Below, piece after piece: positions 56,317 to 64,000 of a stretch of 64,000 nucleotides of DNA. The position numbers and the translations under genes are program-made. The stretch comes from Chloroflexota bacterium (lineage in GTDB: Bacteria; Chloroflexota; Dehalococcoidia; Bin125): contig VXQZ01000033.1 in assembly GCA_009838735.1 (NCBI GenBank), forward strand, positions 50,826-114,825, written 5' to 3'. The notes below the pieces were generated by a model, which saw only the letters and a list, made by a program, of their open reading frames with translations, was not told where the DNA came from and did no database searches. How positions within the stretch are numbered: the stretch's first letter is position 1; every line of letters starts with the position of its first letter.

Positions 56317-57558
56317 ATGGACGAGCGCATTGTCGTGACGGGGATGGGTGCGGTAACGGCGGTTGGCGGCACGGCTGAAGAGACGTGGGACTCGCTGGTC
56401 TCAGGACGCTCAGGCGTGAAAGGGATTTCGATCTTCGACCCGTCTCGACTATCGGTGCGCTTTGCGGCGGAGGTCAGCGACTGGAAGCCGGACGAGTACA
56501 TGCCGCGCAAGGATGCGCGACGAATGGATCGCTACTCGCAGTTTGCCATCGTCGCTTCGCGCGAAGCGGCGGCCAACGCCGGGTTTGACGGCGGATTCGA
56601 CGGTTCCGATCGCGTCGGTGTGATGATTGGCACGGGAATTGGCGGTATCGCCACGACCCAGGAGCAGTTCCGGATTCTGGACTCGCGCGGGCCCGATCGC
56701 GTCTCACCGTTCGCCGTGCCGATGATGCTGCCCAATATGGCTTCCGGACAGGTGTCGATCGCCCTACAGGCGCGCGGACCAAACTTCGCTCCGATGTCGG
56801 CGTGCTCTTCCGCCGCCGACGCCCTCGGACTTGCGGCTCAGACAATTGAACGCCGCGAGGCAGATGTCGTCGTCGTCGGAGGCGCAGAGGCGCCGCTTTG
56901 TGAGATGGCCGTGGCCGGGTTCGCATCCGCTCGCGCTCTGTCCTCGCGCAACGAAGATCCTGAGGGCGCGTCGCGTCCCTTCGATGCCGAGCGGGACGGT
57001 TTTGTGATGGGAGAGGGCGCAGCGGTCATGGTGCTCGAACGAGCCGAGCACGCCACCGCGCGCGGCGCGGAGATTCTGGCCGAGGTTTGCGGCTACGGCT
57101 CGGTCGGCGACGCGTATCACATCACGCAACCGGCCGAGGGCGGCGACGGCGGCGCTCGGGCGATGTCTCTGGCGCTGGAACGTTCAGGTATCGCTCCGTC
57201 GGACGTCGACTACGTCAACGCGCATGGCACTTCGACGCCGCTCAACGACAAGTTTGAGACGATGGCGATCAAGAGTGTCTTTGGAGAAGCCGCATACGGG
57301 CTGTCGGTCTCCTCGACCAAGTCCATGACCGGCCACCTGTTAGGAGCGGCCGGAGCGGTCGAAGCGCTGGCCACGGTCGAGGCGATTCGTCGCGGCGTCA
57401 TTCCGCCGACGATCAATCTGCAGAACCCTGACCCGGACTGCGACCTCGACTACACGGCCAACGTCTGCCGCGAACGCGATGTGCGCGTGGCGATTTCGAA
57501 TTCGATGGGTTTTGGCGGGCACAATGCCTGTCTGGTCTTCCGTCGTTGGGAGGCCTGA
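56317..57558 (+). CDS. fabF: Beta-ketoacyl-[ACP] synthase II
   Basis: RIVVTGMGAVTAVG start; Cys-His-His active-site arrangement (ACSSAA ... HGTST ... GHLLGAAG). Confidence 0.95.
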   Translation: MDERIVVTGMGAVTAVGGTAEETWDSLVSGRSGVKGISIFDPSRLSVRFAAEVSDWKPDEYMPRKDARRMDRYSQFAIVASREAAANAGFDGGFDGSDRVGVMIGTGIGGIATTQEQFRILDSRGPDRVSPFAVPMMLPNMASGQVSIALQARGPNFAPMSACSSAADALGLAAQTIERREADVVVVGGAEAPLCEMAVAGFASARALSSRNEDPEGASRPFDAERDGFVMGEGAAVMVLERAEHATARGAEILAEVCGYGSVGDAYHITQPAEGGDGGARAMSLALERSGIAPSDVDYVNAHGTSTPLNDKFETMAIKSVFGEAAYGLSVSSTKSMTGHLLGAAGAVEALATVEAIRRGVIPPTINLQNPDPDCDLDYTANVCRERDVRVAISNSMGFGGHNACLVFRRWEA

Positions 57559-57576
57559 TTCGGCAGGCAGTGCATC

Positions 57577-59286
57577 GTGGTGCGGGAGCGCTCGGACGGT
57601 TGGCTCGGCCGCACGTGGCGGATCGCCGAGCCTCACGACTCGCCGCCGATTGAAGGACTGGATGCGCCCTCGTTTGTGGGCCGACTGCTTCGTCAGCGCG
57701 GCGTCGACACGGTGCCGGCGGCCCAGGAATTCCTCAATCCTGAGTGGTATCAACCGGCCGACCCGACCGTCCTGGGCGATTGGACGGCCGCGATCGACCG
57801 AGTCGAAGTCGCCGCCCAGCGCAGCGAGCCGGTCGCCATCTACGGCGACTATGACGTGGACGGAATCACCGGCACGGCGATCCTGACGGAAGCGCTGCGC
57901 ATTGCGGGAATCGACGCCAGGCCGTTTATTCCTCACCGCGAACGGGAGGGCTACGGTCTGCAAGACGAGGCGGTCGGTCGGCTTGCTGCAGACGGCGCCC
58001 GCGTCCTGATCACGGCCGACTGTGGAATCACAGCGCTCACGGAAATCGCGGCGGCGCGTGAAGAACACGGGCTCGACGTCATCGTCCTTGATCATCACGA
58101 ACCGGCCGATTCGTTGCCCGAGGCGATGGCGATTGTCACGCCGAAACGCGCTCCCAGCGGACATCCGTTGTCGGAACTCTCGACCGGGGGCCTGGCCTAC
58201 CGGTTCGCCCAGGCGTTGGCCCAGCGTGTGGCGTCCGAGGACGATCGGGCACGATGGCTGGACCTGGCGGCCATGTCGACCGTCGCCGATGTCGTCCCGC
58301 TACGGGGTGAGAACCGCTGGATCGTCCACCAGGGGTTGCGAGCGCTGGAGTCGACGGAACGTCCCGGTCTGCGAGCGCTGCTCAAGGGCCGACGGGGCAA
58401 CGGGCCGATCGACACCGAGACCATTGGTTTCCAGTTGGCCCCGAAGATCAACGCCGCCGGACGGCTGGACGACGCGTCGCTCGCGCTGGAGATGCTGATG
58501 GAACGCCAGCCGGAGACGGCACGAGAGCTGGCCGGCCGACTGGAACAACTCAACGATCAGCGCCGACGATTGACTGACGAAGCCATGCTCTCCGCCGAGC
58601 GGCAGATACGGCAGCAGCTCGACGCGTCCGGCCAAGCGCCGCTGGTGCTGTTCGCCGGGGGCGAAGAGATCCACCACGGCATCGTTGGAATCGTTGCCGG
58701 ACGGCTGGCAGATCAATGGTCGCGTCCTGCGTTTGTCTGGTCGCTGGTAGATGGCGAGGCGCGGAGCTCGGGGAGAAGCGCGGCCGGATTCGACCTGGTG
58801 AGGATGCTGGATGCCTCGCGCGATCTGCTGATCCGCGGCGGCGGACATGCAATGGCAGCCGGCTTCTCGGCCGAGCCATCGCACCTGGGAGCTTTGATGT
58901 CCCGATTCAACGAGGTCGCGCAGTCGCAGCTGGATGCCGGCGAAGCCGGCGCCTGGGCCGCGCTCGAGGGTCGGATGGAGATTGACGCCCAGGTCCCGCT
59001 ATCGGCGCTGACCCGGCAGACCGTGGGTTGGATTGAGCGGCTGGCGCCTTTTGGCGAGGGCAATCCAGCGCCGACCTTTGTCAGCAATGGCGTAGGGGTA
59101 CGGCAGGCGAAGACGGTAGGAGCGGACGGCGCTCATCTTCGACTGGATCTCGACGGTTGGTCTGCAATCGGCTGGCGTCTCGGCGGCGCGGCGGCGGCGG
59201 TCGGGTCTCAAGTTGACATCGTCTGGCGACTCAGGCGCGGGCTACAGGGTCGGCCAGAGCTGGAAATCGTCGATCTGGCGGTGTAG
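57577..59286 (+). CDS. recJ: Single-stranded-DNA-specific exonuclease RecJ
   Basis: DHH motifs (YGDYDVDGITG, ITADCGI) and DHHA1; GTG start. Confidence 0.9.
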   Translation: MVRERSDGWLGRTWRIAEPHDSPPIEGLDAPSFVGRLLRQRGVDTVPAAQEFLNPEWYQPADPTVLGDWTAAIDRVEVAAQRSEPVAIYGDYDVDGITGTAILTEALRIAGIDARPFIPHREREGYGLQDEAVGRLAADGARVLITADCGITALTEIAAAREEHGLDVIVLDHHEPADSLPEAMAIVTPKRAPSGHPLSELSTGGLAYRFAQALAQRVASEDDRARWLDLAAMSTVADVVPLRGENRWIVHQGLRALESTERPGLRALLKGRRGNGPIDTETIGFQLAPKINAAGRLDDASLALEMLMERQPETARELAGRLEQLNDQRRRLTDEAMLSAERQIRQQLDASGQAPLVLFAGGEEIHHGIVGIVAGRLADQWSRPAFVWSLVDGEARSSGRSAAGFDLVRMLDASRDLLIRGGGHAMAAGFSAEPSHLGALMSRFNEVAQSQLDAGEAGAWAALEGRMEIDAQVPLSALTRQTVGWIERLAPFGEGNPAPTFVSNGVGVRQAKTVGADGAHLRLDLDGWSAIGWRLGGAAAAVGSQVDIVWRLRRGLQGRPELEIVDLAV

Positions 59287-59392
59287 ACGCCATTCGTCTC
59301 CACGGCATACGTTCCGATGCCCGTCGTTCGTCAGCAGCCTTCCATCCGTTAACCTGTGGCCAATCTGGCGGTCAGGTTCGGAGGGTTTCGCG

Positions 59393-61354
<1,962 letters not shown>

Positions 61355-61361
61355 AGCAACA

Positions 61362-61420
61362 AGCTCCCCCTGTTGGGGGAGCTGTCACAAGGTGACCGAG
61401 GGCGCTCCCCAATTGGGGAG
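61362..61420. terminator. Three consecutive GC-rich hairpins between convergent genes (family-A-like)
   Basis: agctccccctgttgggggagct, gtcacaaggtgac, gctccccaattggggag. Confidence 0.55.
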
Positions 61421-61437
61421 GTCTCAGTGCCGCTACC

Positions 61438-62322
61438 TCAGTTTCCGTTCGACTCGTCAGTAGCTCGTTCTTCGACCTCAGCCAGCGGACGTAGTTCGAA
61501 GACTATTCGCACGCGCGACGTCACGGACTCGCTGCCGCCGAAGACCGGCGTTGGCTCGAACGAATCGTCGGCCATGGCCGACTCGGCGGATTCCAGAACT
61601 GTTCGGGACGCGGTCAGACTGCCGACCGGACTCAACTCCACCACCCGCACAATCTCGTATCCCATGTGATCGGCGATGGAATCTGCCGTGGCCTGGGCGT
61701 CGTCAATGGCGTCCAGCAATGCCAGCCGCTCAGCTTCGGCGCGGCCGGAGGCCGTGAAGTCGAGCCCGTCGAAGCGGACGTGGTCGCCGCCGGCGATCAG
61801 GATCGTATCGATCAGCACGCCCGCTTGATCGACGCCGTCGAGCCGGGCGAGCAGTGAGTTGCGGTACTCGAAGCCAAGCGAGACGCGACCCTGCTCGGTC
61901 CAGTCAAACTGCTCGCTGATCCGGATCGACGTAGTCTGCAGCTGGTCGTTCGGCACGCAGAGCTGCTCCGAGTCGTCGTCGTTGCAGCCCATCTGCAGCG
62001 CGGTGCGCACGTCAGCGAGCGCGCTATTGCCCGTTGAGACGGCATCCCGCACGGATGTATCCAAAACCGTGATGCTGAAACGGGCGACCGTGCCGTCGCG
62101 TTCGATGCTGCGAGTGGCCGCGCCTTCGATCGTCAGTGTGGTGGCCGATGACTTCTCCGGCCACGTGGTGACCGTTTCCGTGACCTGCTTCTCGATGTAC
62201 TCTTCCGCGCCGACTGAACTCGAGCCGGTCAGGGTCAACAGTGCCCCAACCGCGATCAGCGCGGCGGCCAGCCCGACCGCGATGAGTTTGCGCCCATTCC
62301 GGATCAAAAACGAATCGCTCAT
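61438..62322 (-). CDS. SIMPL (DUF541) domain-containing secreted protein
   Basis: 295 aa from the internal ATG; signal/TM anchor then SIMPL-like beta-rich repeats. Confidence 0.65.
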   Translation of the reverse strand: MSDSFLIRNGRKLIAVGLAAALIAVGALLTLTGSSSVGAEEYIEKQVTETVTTWPEKSSATTLTIEGAATRSIERDGTVARFSITVLDTSVRDAVSTGNSALADVRTALQMGCNDDDSEQLCVPNDQLQTTSIRISEQFDWTEQGRVSLGFEYRNSLLARLDGVDQAGVLIDTILIAGGDHVRFDGLDFTASGRAEAERLALLDAIDDAQATADSIADHMGYEIVRVVELSPVGSLTASRTVLESAESAMADDSFEPTPVFGGSESVTSRVRIVFELRPLAEVEERATDESNGN

Positions 62323-62381
62323 TGTCGTCACTCCAAGTCTTTGCGAAACGGCATGCACGTTCTTCAGTGACCACCGTATGA

Positions 62382-63119
62382 CTAAGAAACGTCCGGCGGT
62401 GCGCCGAGGTTGCGTTGGAAGAACGCCAGCATTGTTGCCCAGGCTGCTTCCGCGGACGCTTCGTGGTAACCGACCGCCATGGGCGAGAGGCGGACCAGCA
62501 GCGAGCGAACCGGTCCGTGCCGGTTCATGAATGAGTGTCCGGCACCGGGATACACGGTCACCTCATGTTCAACCCCGAGCTGTTCCAGATGTCCGCGCAA
62601 CCTGTCGGCCTGTCCGACGAAGACGCGATCCCGCTCGCCGTACCCGGCGAACACCGGACAGATGCCTTGGAGCGCTTCCTGTTCCCGAGGAACCGCACCG
62701 TAGAAGTCCGCGGCGGCGCCGATCGGCGCCCGCGCGGCATAGAGGATGGCAAACCCGCCGCCCATGCAAAATCCGGCAATCGCAATCTGCGAGTCTTCGA
62801 CGTCGTCACGCGCGGCAAGCCAGGAGCGGGCCGCCTCGATATCGTCGAAGGCCCGCCCTTCACCGCTGCGCAGGGCCTGCATGGTTCGGCGAATACAGAT
62901 CGGCTTGGCTCTCGGTCCGACCGAGTACAGATCGGGGGCCACTGCCACGTATCCGTTGTCGGCAAAGCGACGCGCAATCCGCCGGATGTCGTCGTTAAGC
63001 CCGAACAGCTCATGCAACACCAGCACTCCGGGTCTGGGCGCTGCTGCTGGGTCCGGCGCTGCCACGAAGGCGGTCAGGTCGCCGTTACCGGTCGGTATGG
63101 AAACGGTCTGCTCAGACAT
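62382..63119 (-). CDS. Dienelactone hydrolase family protein
   Basis: 245 aa from the internal ATG (MSEQTV); GFCMGG nucleophile motif and HSF histidine. Confidence 0.8.
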   Translation of the reverse strand: MSEQTVSIPTGNGDLTAFVAAPDPAAAPRPGVLVLHELFGLNDDIRRIARRFADNGYVAVAPDLYSVGPRAKPICIRRTMQALRSGEGRAFDDIEAARSWLAARDDVEDSQIAIAGFCMGGGFAILYAARAPIGAAADFYGAVPREQEALQGICPVFAGYGERDRVFVGQADRLRGHLEQLGVEHEVTVYPGAGHSFMNRHGPVRSLLVRLSPMAVGYHEASAEAAWATMLAFFQRNLGAPPDVS

Positions 63120-63204
63120 GGGAATCTTCCGTTCTCGCGATAGCCTGCTGTTGAAACGGCTCGCGTGAGCCAACAGTAACGAAGAACCGGCTAGGAGTTG
63201 GGCA

Positions 63205-63990
63205 ATGGCTGAATACAACACGCTGGGATACGACGTGGCCGACAGCGTCGCAACGATCACGATCAACCGGCCCGAGGCGGCGAACTCGCTGTCGCTGGAA
63301 ATGTGCAAGGAGCTGATGGATGCATCAATCCTCGTGGACGACGATCCGGATGTGCGCGCGGTCGTGTTCCGAGGATCCGGGCGATTCTTCTGCACGGGCG
63401 CCGATTTGCGCGGCTTCCCGCCGGCCGGTCCGGAGATGGCGACCTATGTCAAAGAGATGACGACCTACCTGCACGCCGCCGCCTCGCGTTTCACCCGTAT
63501 GGATCCCCCGTTGATCACCGCGATCAATGGCACCTGCGCGGGAGCCGGCATGAGCCTCGCCCTGATCGGCGATCTCGCGTTGGCCGGTGAGTCGTCGCGC
63601 TTCACGATGGCCTACTCGCGCATCGGCCTCACCCCCGACGGTTCCTCGACCTACTTCCTCCCACGTCTCGTCGGTCTTCGCCGTTCGCTCGAGCTCTGTC
63701 TGACCAACCGAATGCTCTCGTCCCAGGAAGCGCTGGACTGGGGCATGATCAATCGCGTCGTGCCCGATGAGGATTTGCAGACCGAAGCGCACGCGCTGGC
63801 CGCGCAGTTGGCGGCCGGTCCGACCGAGTCGATCGGCGCGGCCAAGCGCCTCTACCACAAGTCGTGGAATGAGGGTCTGGAGACGCAGATGGAGTGGGAG
63901 ACCCGCGAGATCTGCGACGCCGCCCGCCGCCCCGAGGCGAAAGAAGGCATGACCGCATTCTTCGAGAAGCGCGATCCGGTGTTCCGCTAG
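63205..63990 (+). CDS. Enoyl-CoA hydratase/isomerase (crotonase) family protein
   Basis: FCTGADL and ING-x-C-x-GAG oxyanion-hole motifs. Confidence 0.9.
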   Translation: MAEYNTLGYDVADSVATITINRPEAANSLSLEMCKELMDASILVDDDPDVRAVVFRGSGRFFCTGADLRGFPPAGPEMATYVKEMTTYLHAAASRFTRMDPPLITAINGTCAGAGMSLALIGDLALAGESSRFTMAYSRIGLTPDGSSTYFLPRLVGLRRSLELCLTNRMLSSQEALDWGMINRVVPDEDLQTEAHALAAQLAAGPTESIGAAKRLYHKSWNEGLETQMEWETREICDAARRPEAKEGMTAFFEKRDPVFR

Positions 63991-64000
63991 CAAGGCGCAC

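Overview
This is a high-GC, gene-dense bacterial chromosomal window, roughly two-thirds G+C by eye, with about 70 protein-coding genes on both strands and one tRNA-Pro(GGG). The taxon cannot be fixed from sequence alone; the domain content suggests a thermophile-like Chloroflexota or a similar high-GC lineage (low confidence).

Most of the content is core metabolism or housekeeping:
- a xanthine-dehydrogenase-family molybdoenzyme large subunit
- mfd and pth
- a multi-rhodanese protein
- ADP-forming (alpha and beta) and AMP-forming acetyl-CoA synthetases side by side
- a phosphatidylinositol-type lipid cluster: inositol-1-phosphate synthase, IMPase, CDP-alcohol phosphatidyltransferase, two LPLAT acyltransferases, GT4, PHP
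- prfB with its programmed +1 frameshift site (CTT TGA C preceded by GGAG)
- folD, acpS, nnr, fabF, recJ and an EF-G paralogue.

Accessory or unusual items:
1. The most interesting item is a lower-GC two-gene island wedged 26 nt downstream of mfd. It encodes a 138-aa Rx4H protein (HEPN-like, recalled as resembling TIGR02391 Abi-type proteins) translationally coupled (TGATG) to an unknown 214-aa partner. This is a candidate compact toxin-antitoxin or abortive-infection module.
2. An orphan Mrr_N winged-helix protein with no nuclease domain.
3. A Phd/YefM-VapC pair.
4. A Uma2 endonuclease.
5. Four DUF1640-like coiled-coil/C-terminal-TM paralogues scattered across the window.
6. Three tandem DinB_2 paralogues.
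7. Two families of GC-rich palindromic intergenic repeats, several arranged as inverted pairs.
8. A 10-bp tandem repeat (x4) in the long leader of the molybdoenzyme gene.
9. A palindrome plus direct-repeat cluster upstream of acs.

Refined start codons were derived from the ORF track by residue counting and checked against the nucleotide text where possible. Features located purely by eye (tRNA, repeats) carry about 1-3 nt uncertainty. No CRISPR array, rRNA, transposase or integrase was seen.
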